This document shows positions 48,310 to 59,378 of a stretch of DNA of 64,000 nt, one piece after another. The stretch is from an uncultured delta proteobacterium. Lineage in GTDB: Bacteria > Desulfobacterota > Desulfobacteria > Desulfobacterales > Desulfosarcinaceae. The notes beneath the pieces were generated by a model that saw only the letters and a program-made list of their open reading frames with translations, ran no database searches and was not told the origin of the DNA. The stretch spans positions 22,104-86,103 of the forward strand of contig CAVPJR010000028.1 of assembly GCA_963705435.1 (NCBI GenBank). The letters are read 5' to 3'. The translations under genes were made by a program, and so were the position numbers. How positions within the stretch are numbered: the first letter of the stretch is position 1; each line of letters starts with the position of its first letter.

Positions 48310-49509
48310 ATGGTAAGGTCAAAACTATCAATATTGAATGATCAGGTGAAATCTTCCAGCAAAGATGACACTTTGACACTCCATGAAAGTGAATTTCACC
48401 CTTGCAAACCATTTTTTCGTAACAATCATTTTTACCCGGAATCTTTCGCGACGATATGTACCAAAGGAGTTTTTGAAAAAACCCATTTTCTCAGGGAAGT
48501 TATAAAAAAAACAGATTACCTACTAGCTCTTCACGGAATATTAATTATTGATTATTTCATGCCAGAAGAGATGTATGTCGGAGGTGAGTATTTACGTCCC
48601 CTTTCATTTTTTATGCATGAATTTTCCCTGGCTGTTGGAACCCGTTTTAAGTTAAGGGAAAAGGCGATCAACAGAAAAATATGTCATTTAGTATTTGAAA
48701 AAATTGCTCGATCTTTGCCAAAAGAAGACGTAATGGACCGCTGGTCTTTCGGAATTGTGAGTGATGGCCGCAAGAATGATCGAATTTACTCAATTATTCG
48801 CCAAATACAAGCATTAAAAATTCCAGAATATGAAATTTTAATCTGTGGCCCGCCTCCCGGAGACAATTTACCAGCAGGAGTTCGCGTATTTGATGATCTT
48901 AACCTTTACTGGGATATCCGTCCACCTATCACAGCCAAAAAAAACAAGCTTATTCGTAATTCGCGATACAACAACCTTGTCTTAATCCATGACCGCATCT
49001 CTTTTCCGAACAATTGGTTTAGGCGTATGAAATCATATGGTAACTTTTTTGAAGTGCTCTGCATTCAAATCCTGGATGAAGACACATTGGGTCGCAGGGT
49101 TCAGGATTGGCTTATGTTGAGTGGTGACTTCTTCAAATATCAAGCAGTGCAAGGCAATTTGTTGGAATATGACAAATGGACTCCCGAAGTCTATGTAGAT
49201 GGTGGTTGCCTGATAGCAAAAAAGCATATTCTGGAAAAAATTTTATATAATGAACGTTTGCATTGGGGAGAAGCAGAAGATGTAGACTTGTCTAAAAGAC
49301 TTTATCAAGCAGGTGTAATTACCAACTTTTTCGAAGGATGTACGATTACTACGGCTACGCACAGACACCCTGGTGAAACGATAGGAAAAAAAAAATTCGC
49401 AAAAATTAAAAAGCGCATCAGTCTGCGATCAAAATGCAAAAAATGTTTTAATTCTATAATCCAACGCTGGAGTTTTTTAAATTTTCTTAAAAAGCCAATT
49501 AGTGAATAA
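48310..49509 (+). CDS. Putative glycosyltransferase (GT2-like C-domain) with an uncharacterised N-domain
   Basis: WSFGIVS, EILICG, KKN, LIHDR, WGEAEDVDLS. Confidence 0.55.
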   Translation: MVRSKLSILNDQVKSSSKDDTLTLHESEFHPCKPFFRNNHFYPESFATICTKGVFEKTHFLREVIKKTDYLLALHGILIIDYFMPEEMYVGGEYLRPLSFFMHEFSLAVGTRFKLREKAINRKICHLVFEKIARSLPKEDVMDRWSFGIVSDGRKNDRIYSIIRQIQALKIPEYEILICGPPPGDNLPAGVRVFDDLNLYWDIRPPITAKKNKLIRNSRYNNLVLIHDRISFPNNWFRRMKSYGNFFEVLCIQILDEDTLGRRVQDWLMLSGDFFKYQAVQGNLLEYDKWTPEVYVDGGCLIAKKHILEKILYNERLHWGEAEDVDLSKRLYQAGVITNFFEGCTITTATHRHPGETIGKKKFAKIKKRISLRSKCKKCFNSIIQRWSFLNFLKKPISE

Positions 49510-51010
49510 TTTCAGTCCTTTTATGGTTTTTTTTATACATAATTTTACATTAAATAATATTGTACGCGTATTCCAAGTTATTTTTGGCAAAAGCTTCGCA
49601 AAAAATTGGTCTTTGCTAACCTTGTCTAAATTGTTTTGTCAAGCGATAGGTATGTTAGCAACCGTACGAGTCGCAAGACTACTATCTCCAGAGGGTTATG
49701 GTTATTTCAATTTAATGCAATCGACAGCTTCTTTAGGCGTTGTTTTAGCTGGTTTAGGTATAAGACAAGTTATTATACGTAAGAGTGCACGATACCCTGA
49801 ACAATGCCAAAGTATTTTGTCATCCTCAATCATTTTATTAGCGATAAGTGGTTTTATAGTTGGCATATGCATAGTGACGTATTGCTCAATTTTAACCCAT
49901 ACCGTTTCCTTTACCCTTTCCGGCATTTCTTTTGGGCTAGTTCTTGGCCTATTGCTTTGGGATTTAGTTGAAAGCATTGCTTTTGGCAATGAACGGATGG
50001 AATCCTCTGCTTATATCAATATTATAGGTAGTCTAATATGGACATTATTGGTATGGGTTGCACCTCTGAATTTCTTTTCTATTAATAATTTATGTTTTAC
50101 TTTCGTTTTTTTACAATGCACGAAGTCATTAATATATTATTATTTTTTAAAAAAAGCAGATTTTTTTAGGAAAACACAAGTAAAAACTTCGTTGCTAAAG
50201 TTAGTTTATGAGAGTTTACCATTTTATTGGCTTGCAGTTCTATCTATAGCGACAATTCAATTACCCTTAATTATTTTGGCAAAGCGAAGTAACATTCTTG
50301 AAGTTGGATTTTATAGCGCAGCTGAAAAAGTAATCAGCCCATTCCAAATGATAATGTATGCTGGTGTTTTAGCATTATATCCATCATTATCAAAGATTGC
50401 ATTTAAAAATAATAAATTGTATATGACAAAAGTTAAGCACTTTATTGTTTTATCTGTCTTTTTTAATTCAATAATAGGAATGTCAATATCTATATTTCGA
50501 GGCGAAATTACTCCTTTTCTATTCGGTATCCAATATACGCAAACTGCAGATACATTATTTATTCTGGCATGGTATCCCTCATTGATGAATACATTTGCAC
50601 TTATTTCGTGCATACTTTCGTCATTAAATAAGCAATTTTTGCTTGCAAAGCTGGCTACACTCTACGCGATTATCTCTTTGCCCTTAATATGGTATGGTGC
50701 CAAATTCGGGTCGTATGGTTTAGCCACTTCATTGCTCTTATCATCGTTGATAAATATGACGTATCATTGGATCATTATGGAAAGAAAACTTCCTCAATAT
50801 TTCGATATTTCATATAAATTTGGAATCATATTAATAATCTTTATATCAGTAATATTATCATACGCAATACCTACAACGATGCCAATAATTTTTAAAGTTT
50901 TTGTTTTAGTTTTTTTTGTGATGATTTTATCAATATCCTTAATTATCAAAAATGTTGAAATGATTAAATACCATTTTAACAATGATAGCATAATCACTAA
51001 ACAGTCATGA
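49502..51010 (+). CDS. wzx: Polysaccharide flippase
   Basis: ARLLSPEGYG, VGFYSAA, many TM segments. Confidence 0.8.
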   Translation: MNNFSPFMVFFIHNFTLNNIVRVFQVIFGKSFAKNWSLLTLSKLFCQAIGMLATVRVARLLSPEGYGYFNLMQSTASLGVVLAGLGIRQVIIRKSARYPEQCQSILSSSIILLAISGFIVGICIVTYCSILTHTVSFTLSGISFGLVLGLLLWDLVESIAFGNERMESSAYINIIGSLIWTLLVWVAPLNFFSINNLCFTFVFLQCTKSLIYYYFLKKADFFRKTQVKTSLLKLVYESLPFYWLAVLSIATIQLPLIILAKRSNILEVGFYSAAEKVISPFQMIMYAGVLALYPSLSKIAFKNNKLYMTKVKHFIVLSVFFNSIIGMSISIFRGEITPFLFGIQYTQTADTLFILAWYPSLMNTFALISCILSSLNKQFLLAKLATLYAIISLPLIWYGAKFGSYGLATSLLLSSLINMTYHWIIMERKLPQYFDISYKFGIILIIFISVILSYAIPTTMPIIFKVFVLVFFVMILSISLIIKNVEMIKYHFNNDSIITKQS

Positions 51011-52056
51011 GAATTGTTTCAAGAAAATCATTTTTTAATAAGTTGCTAAACAGTATCGAGTTAAAATTTCGACGTAGAACCTTACTATCAAAACCAATAT
51101 CTTTATCAATTGAACCAACTCTACAATGCAATTCAGCTTGCAAAATGTGCAATAGATATTTTAATGCAAAAAAAGCTAATGAAATATACGGATTTTTTGA
51201 TATACACCTTCTTGAAAAAATAATTCCATTTATTCAATCAGCTGAAGAGGTCATCATTGGTGGTTTTGGAGAATCTCTATTGCACCCCGATTTTCTAAAA
51301 TTAGCCAGAATTATAAAATCAAGAGGTCCTTATTTATATTTTTTTACAAACGGTATACTGCTAAATGAGCACATTGCAAACGAATTAATCGATATAGGAT
51401 TAAACCAAATATGTATTTCAATGGGTGGAGCAACAAGGGAGACATATAAACAGATACGAGGTATCGATAAATTTGACACAGTCGTTAATAATATTCATCG
51501 ATTTTCAGAACTTAAAAAAAAAAGAAATAAAACAATCCCGTCGTTATCTTTTAATATAGCGGCTATGAACAGTGTTTTACCAGAACTTGAAGATATAATT
51601 ATTTTGGCTAAAAAATTAAATGTAACTAATGTAACAATGCCAAACCTTGATATATTTGGCCCGGAATTATTTGATGAAAGCCCTTGGACTAATATTAATA
51701 AATCTAATTATTATTTTCAAAAAGCGAAAATGAAAGCTCATCAGTTGAACATAAATTTTGAATATCCAAAACTTAAACCTTGTGTAAATAATTGCTATGA
51801 TTTTTTCAAAAATTTAAATATTACCTGGGATGGATATATATTATCTTGTAGAACTGAACGTTATATTTTAGGAGACCTATCGATTCAGAAAATATCCGAT
51901 ATATGGAATAGTAAAAAATTGATAAAGCTTAGAAATAATTTTTTTCGTGAGGGGCTTAATAAAGTGTGCAATAATTGTACTTCATGGAACAATTGCAAAA
52001 GGGCTTACTTTAACAATATAATAAACAGCAGGTTTCAAACCCTGGAAATGAATTAA
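51007..52056 (+). CDS. Radical SAM/SPASM protein
   Basis: CNSACKMC, GESLLHP, ITWDGYILSC..LGDL..IWNS..CNNC. Confidence 0.85.
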   Translation: MRIVSRKSFFNKLLNSIELKFRRRTLLSKPISLSIEPTLQCNSACKMCNRYFNAKKANEIYGFFDIHLLEKIIPFIQSAEEVIIGGFGESLLHPDFLKLARIIKSRGPYLYFFTNGILLNEHIANELIDIGLNQICISMGGATRETYKQIRGIDKFDTVVNNIHRFSELKKKRNKTIPSLSFNIAAMNSVLPELEDIIILAKKLNVTNVTMPNLDIFGPELFDESPWTNINKSNYYFQKAKMKAHQLNINFEYPKLKPCVNNCYDFFKNLNITWDGYILSCRTERYILGDLSIQKISDIWNSKKLIKLRNNFFREGLNKVCNNCTSWNNCKRAYFNNIINSRFQTLEMN

Positions 52057-52204
52057 CATTTCATTAGATTATTTATTAATATCTACGAATACATATCAAT
52101 TACTTATATTATTAATCAAAAAACCAACTTTTTCATCTGCCTGAATCATAACTTTTTAACAATTATTAGATTTTCTTCTTATTTTAATAAAGGTTTTATT
52201 GCAC

Positions 52205-53410
52205 ATGGTATTGATATATTATACTCGGCCATGTTTTTTAGACTTATCTTTGTCTTATGCATCTGCAATTTCACAATTTGTTGACCTTCATCTAATTATC
52301 GAAATAGCTCCAGAAAACTGGCAAAGTTCACTTTTTGATTTGAATCGTAAGAAAATGAAGGATGGCGTAATAAATGGTATTCCATTTTTCAAGAAGTTTT
52401 ATCCTGATATATATGATCGATATTTGAAAAAATGTTGCAGTATAATACTAGTCAATTACAACCATCCGAAAAGCGTCCATCCAACTACATTTAAAGTAAC
52501 GCTAAAGGCGTTTAGATTCTTTTTAAGTTTAGCTCCGGACATTATTCATTTTGATGATATTTCTCTTCGTACGGTTTGGGGTATTTGGCGTCTTAGAAAT
52601 CTTCCTATACTTTTGTCAATCCATGACCCTCAGTCCCATTTTGGTGAAAAAAATTGGCGACAATGGTTAGCACGTAAAATTGCATTTCCTATTGTTGACA
52701 ATTATGTTCTTCATAGCAAGGCAATGAAAGATGTGTTTATAAGAAAATATAAAATTCGTAAACATAAAAAAGTCTATCATCTCTATTTAGCTCCTTATAC
52801 TATATTTCAGCATTGGATAACCCTTCCCATTATGACCAATGGAAAAAATGTATTATTTTTTGGACGTTTATCACCATATAAAGGTTTGAATATTCTGATT
52901 AATGCGGCCCCTTTAATTGCAAAATATATTCGCGATGTGCGTATTATAATCGCTGGTCGCCCAGTGCCTGGTTTTTTTTTACCACCCTTGCCTCATTTAC
53001 CAAATAATGGAAAGTTTGAAATATACGCAAAGTATATAGATAATAGTAATTTGGCGACACTATTCCAAAAAGCTACAGTAGTCACCTGTCCATATATCGA
53101 TGCATCCCAAAGTGGCGTCTTGCTTACAGCTTATGGATTTTCAAAACCGGTAATCGCTTCAAAAATAGGTGGTTTGTCAGAATATGTTTGGCAAAATGAG
53201 ACAGGGCATTTAGTTTCACCAGGTGACCATCGTAAACTTGCTGAGGTGATTATAGAAATAATTAACAAACCGAATATGCAACAAAGATTTAAGGCGAACC
53301 TCGAGGTAATAAAAAAATCATTTTTTAATTGGGATAATGTGGCTAAACACTCATTATCTATTTATTTAGATGTATTATCGAAAATTAATACTTCACATTT
53401 AACTTCCTAA
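52205..53410 (+). CDS. GT4 glycosyltransferase
   Basis: FFGRLSPYKG, PYIDASQSGV, GGLSE. Confidence 0.88.
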   Translation: MVLIYYTRPCFLDLSLSYASAISQFVDLHLIIEIAPENWQSSLFDLNRKKMKDGVINGIPFFKKFYPDIYDRYLKKCCSIILVNYNHPKSVHPTTFKVTLKAFRFFLSLAPDIIHFDDISLRTVWGIWRLRNLPILLSIHDPQSHFGEKNWRQWLARKIAFPIVDNYVLHSKAMKDVFIRKYKIRKHKKVYHLYLAPYTIFQHWITLPIMTNGKNVLFFGRLSPYKGLNILINAAPLIAKYIRDVRIIIAGRPVPGFFLPPLPHLPNNGKFEIYAKYIDNSNLATLFQKATVVTCPYIDASQSGVLLTAYGFSKPVIASKIGGLSEYVWQNETGHLVSPGDHRKLAEVIIEIINKPNMQQRFKANLEVIKKSFFNWDNVAKHSLSIYLDVLSKINTSHLTS

Positions 53411-53418
53411 GCTTATTG

Positions 53419-54810
53419 ATGACTCATCTATATCTTATTCTAATCGGGTTTATAATTATAGTATTTACTCGACATATTTATTACCGCAATTTTGAGCTTT
53501 TTCTTTGTATCCTTATTGTAATTAATTTTGAATTCTTCCACATTATCCCTAGGATAGGAAAATTCGACTTATATAAAGAAAGTATTGTAGTTATAGTACT
53601 GTTTTATTTATTTGAAGAATATGTTGTTAGACCATCTATTAAAAAGGTAAAAAATTCACATTATAATATAGGGTTGTATGGCAAAATAATCGCATTTTAC
53701 TTTTTAATCGCAATAATCGGAGTTGTGGTTGCTTTTAATCTGGGCCAAAGTTTTGTTCTCAGTATAAAAGCTTTCAAATATTTTCCATTAATATTAACAT
53801 ATTTTATAATTATTAAAAAAGATGTAAATATTGATAAGTTTATTGATTATTTCTTATTTTTAGCAGTTTGTGTTGCATTTATAACTCTTATTCAATTCTT
53901 TTTATTTGAGAATTTTTTGATAATCTATCAATACGAAGATTCGATCTCACATGCTCGCGGCTTTAATTCATTACGAGGTCTTCGTATCCTTGAAGGTAAC
54001 ACTATCATAACAATTGGTTTGCTTATAGCTTTTACTAAATGGCTTAAAACCAGAAAAATTTTTTACATATTTATTTTCATTTTGCTTTTTATCCACTTTT
54101 TTATTGTTATTAAAACTCGGACTGTTTTATTTTCAAGCATAGTCATTATTTTTTTTACCTCATTTTATTACAACAGAAAGAATATACGTATAACACTAAG
54201 TATTTTTTATTTAAGCGTTTCCAGTTTGTTTTTATGTATTCTTATTACCATTTATTATAATGACATAATAATTCACAATGGAATGGTAGCACAAACAGTT
54301 AATGACTTTGAAGAATTAATTTCTAAAGAGTTGGGTACTGGAAGTTTAAAAATCCGCAATTTGTGTATTCAACACTATTGGGGTGAAGTTAAAAGATATT
54401 GGATGACTGGACGGGGATTATTAAATATTAATTGGATTGGAAACTCGGAAATCTATCTACAAGAAGAATATTATTTTTATCTTTCCGATATCGGGTTTTT
54501 CCATTTATTAGTAAATTTTGGTGCTGTTGGAGGTACCATGCTTCTTTTTTTCATAGTCTCTACTGTTATTAGAATTAAAAACCTTTTTGATAAACTTCCT
54601 GAAGTATCATGTTACTTTATGATCGGGTTAATCATTTTCCCTCAGATTGATCTTTTCTTTAGAACTGATCATATGCTTATTTTTTCAATTTTCGCTGCAT
54701 TTGTTGATATTAATATGATAACTATAAATAATAGATATGTAAACTTTAAGTTTCTACCTCAAAATTATACATTTAATGACTTAGGGTTAAATAGACTTAA
54801 AAGCTTTTAG
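53419..54810 (+). CDS. Putative polysaccharide polymerase (Wzy-like)
   Basis: Polytopic membrane protein, KTRT, YLSDIG; position within the locus. Confidence 0.6.
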   Translation: MTHLYLILIGFIIIVFTRHIYYRNFELFLCILIVINFEFFHIIPRIGKFDLYKESIVVIVLFYLFEEYVVRPSIKKVKNSHYNIGLYGKIIAFYFLIAIIGVVVAFNLGQSFVLSIKAFKYFPLILTYFIIIKKDVNIDKFIDYFLFLAVCVAFITLIQFFLFENFLIIYQYEDSISHARGFNSLRGLRILEGNTIITIGLLIAFTKWLKTRKIFYIFIFILLFIHFFIVIKTRTVLFSSIVIIFFTSFYYNRKNIRITLSIFYLSVSSLFLCILITIYYNDIIIHNGMVAQTVNDFEELISKELGTGSLKIRNLCIQHYWGEVKRYWMTGRGLLNINWIGNSEIYLQEEYYFYLSDIGFFHLLVNFGAVGGTMLLFFIVSTVIRIKNLFDKLPEVSCYFMIGLIIFPQIDLFFRTDHMLIFSIFAAFVDINMITINNRYVNFKFLPQNYTFNDLGLNRLKSF

Positions 54811-55056
54811 TAGAATCTTAAAATTCATCTATTGTTATTTTAAAAATTATATATCTGTTTATTGATTATTTTTTCCTAAAATTACTAATGTGCTTAAAAA
54901 CATTTTAAGAATAAATGTCAATGATATTTAAGGCAATAGTTAAAAGATCAAAAACAAAAATATTGTTTTAGTATTTCTTAAGAATTTGTTATAAACAATT
55001 AATAAAATACTACATCTTTAGGTCGATATCGTATTAAAATATACAAACCGCATAAC

Positions 55057-56157
55057 ATGAAAATAATCCATATCATTGAATCATTAAGAGCCGGTGGTAA
55101 AGAGCGACAACTTATTGAAACATTAAAGTTTTTTAAATCACAAAATATAATACAATGTGAACTGATTGTGATGTCAGATATCTGCGATTACAATTACATC
55201 CATAATATAGGTATTGAAACTCATTATATCATAAGAAAATTTAAAAAAGATCCCGCAATATTTTTTAAATTATATAAAATTTTTAAATCGAAAAGGCCGA
55301 ATATTATACATTCTTGGGGATCCATGTGCTCTGTATATGCTTTGCCTGCAGCAAAATTTCTTGGCATTAAGTTCGTAAATAATTTTTTACAGGATGCTTC
55401 ACCAATATTTAGAATTAAAAATAAGGAATGGTTTCGAACTAAATTGACCTTTCCATTTTCAGATAAAATAGCTGCAAATTCATATGCTGGATTGAAAGCT
55501 TATCATGTTCCTTCTAATAAGAGTGTCTGTTTACATAATGGATTCGATTTTTCGAGGATAAATGGCATAGATAAGAAAGAAAATGTAAAAGTAAAATTTA
55601 ACATAAGTACAGAATACGTAGTTGGTATGGTTGCGTCTTTTACAGACAATAAAGACTATTTTACATTTATTGAATGTGCAAATTATTTGCTTAGAAAAAG
55701 AAATGACATTACATTTATTGCAATCGGCGATGGAAAAAATTTTAACAAAATAAGAAAGGTAATTAATCCAAAAGTTCAAGACAAAATAATGATGATTGGT
55801 AAACAAAAACGTGTTTTAAATATTGTTAACCTTTTTGACATAGGTATCCTCACAACAAATACTATCGTCCATTGTGAAGGCATTCCTAATGCTGTTATGG
55901 AATTTATGGCCTTAAAAATACCCGTGATCGTTACAGACTGCGGAGGGAATAGTGAACTGGTAGAAAATTATCGTACTGGTTTCCTTGTGAAAGCATTTGA
56001 CCCTGATATTCTTTGCAATAAAATAGAACAATTAATTCAAAACAAAAAATTAGCTAATGAATATGGAAGAAATGGCTTCGAAAAATTGAAAAATGAATTC
56101 ACTCTCGAAAAAATGGGAAAAAAGTTTTTAGACCTTTATGCAAATTTATATGGGTGA
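55057..56157 (+). CDS. GT4 glycosyltransferase
   Basis: GGKERQ, HNG, EGIPNAVMEFMA. Confidence 0.88.
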   Translation: MKIIHIIESLRAGGKERQLIETLKFFKSQNIIQCELIVMSDICDYNYIHNIGIETHYIIRKFKKDPAIFFKLYKIFKSKRPNIIHSWGSMCSVYALPAAKFLGIKFVNNFLQDASPIFRIKNKEWFRTKLTFPFSDKIAANSYAGLKAYHVPSNKSVCLHNGFDFSRINGIDKKENVKVKFNISTEYVVGMVASFTDNKDYFTFIECANYLLRKRNDITFIAIGDGKNFNKIRKVINPKVQDKIMMIGKQKRVLNIVNLFDIGILTTNTIVHCEGIPNAVMEFMALKIPVIVTDCGGNSELVENYRTGFLVKAFDPDILCNKIEQLIQNKKLANEYGRNGFEKLKNEFTLEKMGKKFLDLYANLYG

Positions 56158-56468
56158 GAAGTCTCAGCAAAATATTCTACAAAAAAATCAAAATATTACA
56201 ACATTAAAAAAAAAATTAAACAGCATTTATTTAGTTTTTTCTTATTTTAAAAAAATATATTGTAGCAAAATTATAAGAATTATGTTTCTTACAAATGATA
56301 TGTCTACAATTGACTGTTATTGATTAACATTTTTAAGAAGTTAAAACTGGACTGAACACCGGTCGTAACAATGCTTGTGTTTGTTGCTTTGTTTTTAAAT
56401 TTAAATTTTTCTAAGATAATTTTTACATTTTTAAACTGGTCAGAACATCATTATAATTTTTCATTAAT

Positions 56469-57569
56469 ATGCGAATTCTTCATATTATAAATGGTGAATT
56501 TTATTCAGGGGCGGAACGAATTCAAGATTTACTTGTACAACGTTTACCAGACCATGGATATGAACCTTTCATAGCTTGCCTAAAGCCTAAATTTTTTAAT
56601 GCGAATTGTGATTGTTCTAATGATTTAATATATGATTTCCCAATGGAAACAAAAACTGATTTTCGTCCTATATTTAAATTACTTAAATTCATAATAAAAA
56701 AGAAAATTTTATTACTTCATACACACACCCCAAGATCAGCATTTGCAGGCAAAATAGTTTCCACATTTATAAATATTCCAAGAGTTCATCATGTTCATAG
56801 TCCAACTATCAATGATACAGAAAACTATTTAAGAAATATTACAAATACTTTCGTTGAGCGTTTTAGCGTTACAGGAACTGAAAGAATAATTACCGTATCT
56901 GAAAGCATTGCACATTGGCTTCATAGCCTAAAAATTGCAAATGAACGTGTAACTGTAATACCAAATGGTGTTCCCTCTTTTTCGTTAATGAAAAAAGGTA
57001 AAATAGATAAGAAAATAATAATTGGTACCGTTGCTTTGTTTCGTCCACGCAAAGGATTAGAAATTTTTCTAGTGTCATTGAAACAACTAATTCAAAAAAA
57101 TATTGATTATTCATTTTTAGCCATCGGGAACTTTGAATCTGAGAAATATGAATTTAAAATTAAATCTATGGCCAAGCAATTAAAAATTGAAAAAAATATA
57201 GTGTGGCGAGGATTTCACCAAGATGTAGGCTCGGAACTTAACAAAATGGACATTTTCGTACTTCCTAGTCTTTATGGCGAGGGGATGCCACTTGTTATTC
57301 TTGAGGCAATGGCAGCCGGTCTTCCGATTATTGCTAGTGATGTCGAAGGAATTACTGAAGTAATTAGACATGGCCACGAGGGAATTATCGTACCCCCTGG
57401 AGATTTCGAAAGTCTTACCGAGGCTATTTATAGTTTATGTATGGACACAGTCCTTCGGCAAAAGTTCGGATTAAGGTCAAAAAAACGGCATTATGAAAAA
57501 TATTTAGACACCATAATGGCTTCAAAAATAGCAAATATTTATGATAAATTACTCATCAAAAAAAACTAG
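56469..57569 (+). CDS. GT4 glycosyltransferase
   Basis: SGAER, IPNGV, RKG, EGMPLVILEAMAAG. Confidence 0.88.
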   Translation: MRILHIINGEFYSGAERIQDLLVQRLPDHGYEPFIACLKPKFFNANCDCSNDLIYDFPMETKTDFRPIFKLLKFIIKKKILLLHTHTPRSAFAGKIVSTFINIPRVHHVHSPTINDTENYLRNITNTFVERFSVTGTERIITVSESIAHWLHSLKIANERVTVIPNGVPSFSLMKKGKIDKKIIIGTVALFRPRKGLEIFLVSLKQLIQKNIDYSFLAIGNFESEKYEFKIKSMAKQLKIEKNIVWRGFHQDVGSELNKMDIFVLPSLYGEGMPLVILEAMAAGLPIIASDVEGITEVIRHGHEGIIVPPGDFESLTEAIYSLCMDTVLRQKFGLRSKKRHYEKYLDTIMASKIANIYDKLLIKKN

Positions 57570-58386
57570 ATTCTTTTTCGGAATCCATTTTAGTAACTTT
57601 ACTTTATCTGAAGCAGTTATTAATTCCCTTCTTTTCATCAAAGAAAGCCTAAGTAAACATTGCCATTATGTTGTAACCCCAAACGTAGATCACGTCGTAC
57701 AGTTACAATTTAACCGCTTTTTTAGGGATGCGTATAAGGATGCTTCAATTATATTACCTGATGGTAAACCATTAATTTGGCTATCGAATATTTTCCGACA
57801 ACCTCTGCCAGAACGTGTTGCTGGAAGTGATTATGTTCCTGAATTACTTCGGGCTATGGCAAATGATAAGCTAACTGTTTTTCTTTTAGGTGCAAGACCT
57901 GGAGTAGCTAAGCTTGCCGCCAGACGTATAATTCAGCAATATCCAAAAATCCAAATTGTTGGCTACTATAGCCCGCCATTTGGTTTCGAAAATGATATTA
58001 CAGAAAATAAAAAAATTATTGGTATGATCAATGCTGTTAAACCACAATTGCTTATTTTAGGTATAGGTGCGCCTAAACAAGAAATTTGGATACATTCCTA
58101 CTCAAAAGAATTGAAAGTAAATTTAGCGATTTGTGCTGGCGCCACTATAGATTTTCTCTCTGGTGAAAAAAAAAGAGCCCCTCTATGGATGAGAAGACAT
58201 TATTTGGAGTGGTTACACAGAATATATAGTGAACCGAAAAGATTGACTGTCAGGTATCTTAAAGATGCTTTTTTACTTCCGATTATTGTTCTTAAAGAAT
58301 TATATCACATTCGTCGATTTGATCCTTGTACGTATACTAAAAATGAAATAATCTGCCGCATGCATCGAGGTATCACCAAAGGATGA
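57541..58386 (+). CDS. WecB/TagA/CpsF (WecG-like) glycosyltransferase
   Basis: TPNVDH, ERVAGSD, GAPKQE, RAPLWM, EPKRL. Confidence 0.9.
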   Translation: MINYSSKKTRFFFGIHFSNFTLSEAVINSLLFIKESLSKHCHYVVTPNVDHVVQLQFNRFFRDAYKDASIILPDGKPLIWLSNIFRQPLPERVAGSDYVPELLRAMANDKLTVFLLGARPGVAKLAARRIIQQYPKIQIVGYYSPPFGFENDITENKKIIGMINAVKPQLLILGIGAPKQEIWIHSYSKELKVNLAICAGATIDFLSGEKKRAPLWMRRHYLEWLHRIYSEPKRLTVRYLKDAFLLPIIVLKELYHIRRFDPCTYTKNEIICRMHRGITKG

Positions 58387-58535
58387 AATCTATTTTATTG
58401 TCGCAAGCGACGAGGTATTAAAACCTTAGAGATGGAATATAAAATTTACAAGACGGAATTAATTTATTACAAAAATAAATTTTATTGCTACACAACTTCA
58501 CATAAAACTCTTACAAGAAGTTGAATGATAAATAT

Positions 58536-59276
58536 ATGAACATTCAAGCACATGACGAACTATATTTTAATAAAGGAAAAATCGAAAATATTAAATTTTG
58601 GAATAGATTTGATAAACCAAATTTTAAAAATACAACTGTATTAGATGTTGGATGTGGTCACGGTAGAATGTGCATAGATATTGCTTTAGAAGGAGCAAAC
58701 AAAGTAATTGGAATAGACATCGATAAACATCGGATTGAATTCGCTAAGGATAATTTGAAGACAAACTTCCCACATTTAGTAGAAATAATTGAATTTTTTG
58801 AACTTAATTTATCTGGGTTAAATGCTTATAGAAATTTTAATTATATTATATCAAAAGACACATTTGAACACATTATTGATTTACCAATATTGTTGGAATC
58901 TATGAAAGATAGATTAAAACCTTACGGAAAAATATTTGTAGGTTTCGCACCTCTTTATAATTCATTTTATGGTGATCATATGTTGACAAAGGCTCTTTTA
59001 CCTTGGTTTCATTTAATAATTCCAGAATCAATATTGTTGAGAAGGTTAAATAGAAATCGCAAAGTAAAAATTCAAAAGATTCAAGACTTAGGATTAAATA
59101 AATATTCCTTGAAAGATTATATTAGAATTTTTAACAATTCCTCGATGACTTTAAAATCATTCAAAGTCAACATCTCAGACAATCCAGTACTTAAAGCTTT
59201 CAATTTTCTTCGTAAATTACCTGGTTTGGATGAATTTTTCACACATAATGTATATTGTGTCTTTGAAAATAACTAA
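58536..59276 (+). CDS. Class I SAM-dependent methyltransferase
   Basis: VLDVGCGHG, GIDID, FEHI. Confidence 0.85.
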   Translation: MNIQAHDELYFNKGKIENIKFWNRFDKPNFKNTTVLDVGCGHGRMCIDIALEGANKVIGIDIDKHRIEFAKDNLKTNFPHLVEIIEFFELNLSGLNAYRNFNYIISKDTFEHIIDLPILLESMKDRLKPYGKIFVGFAPLYNSFYGDHMLTKALLPWFHLIIPESILLRRLNRNRKVKIQKIQDLGLNKYSLKDYIRIFNNSSMTLKSFKVNISDNPVLKAFNFLRKLPGLDEFFTHNVYCVFENN

Positions 59277-59378
59277 GCTTGATAACTAGAACGTACTTAG
59301 GGATGATTCTTTATTTTTGTGACTCAATTGATACATTATTGTAGGACACACTAGCTACTAAGAATATAATTAATAAAA

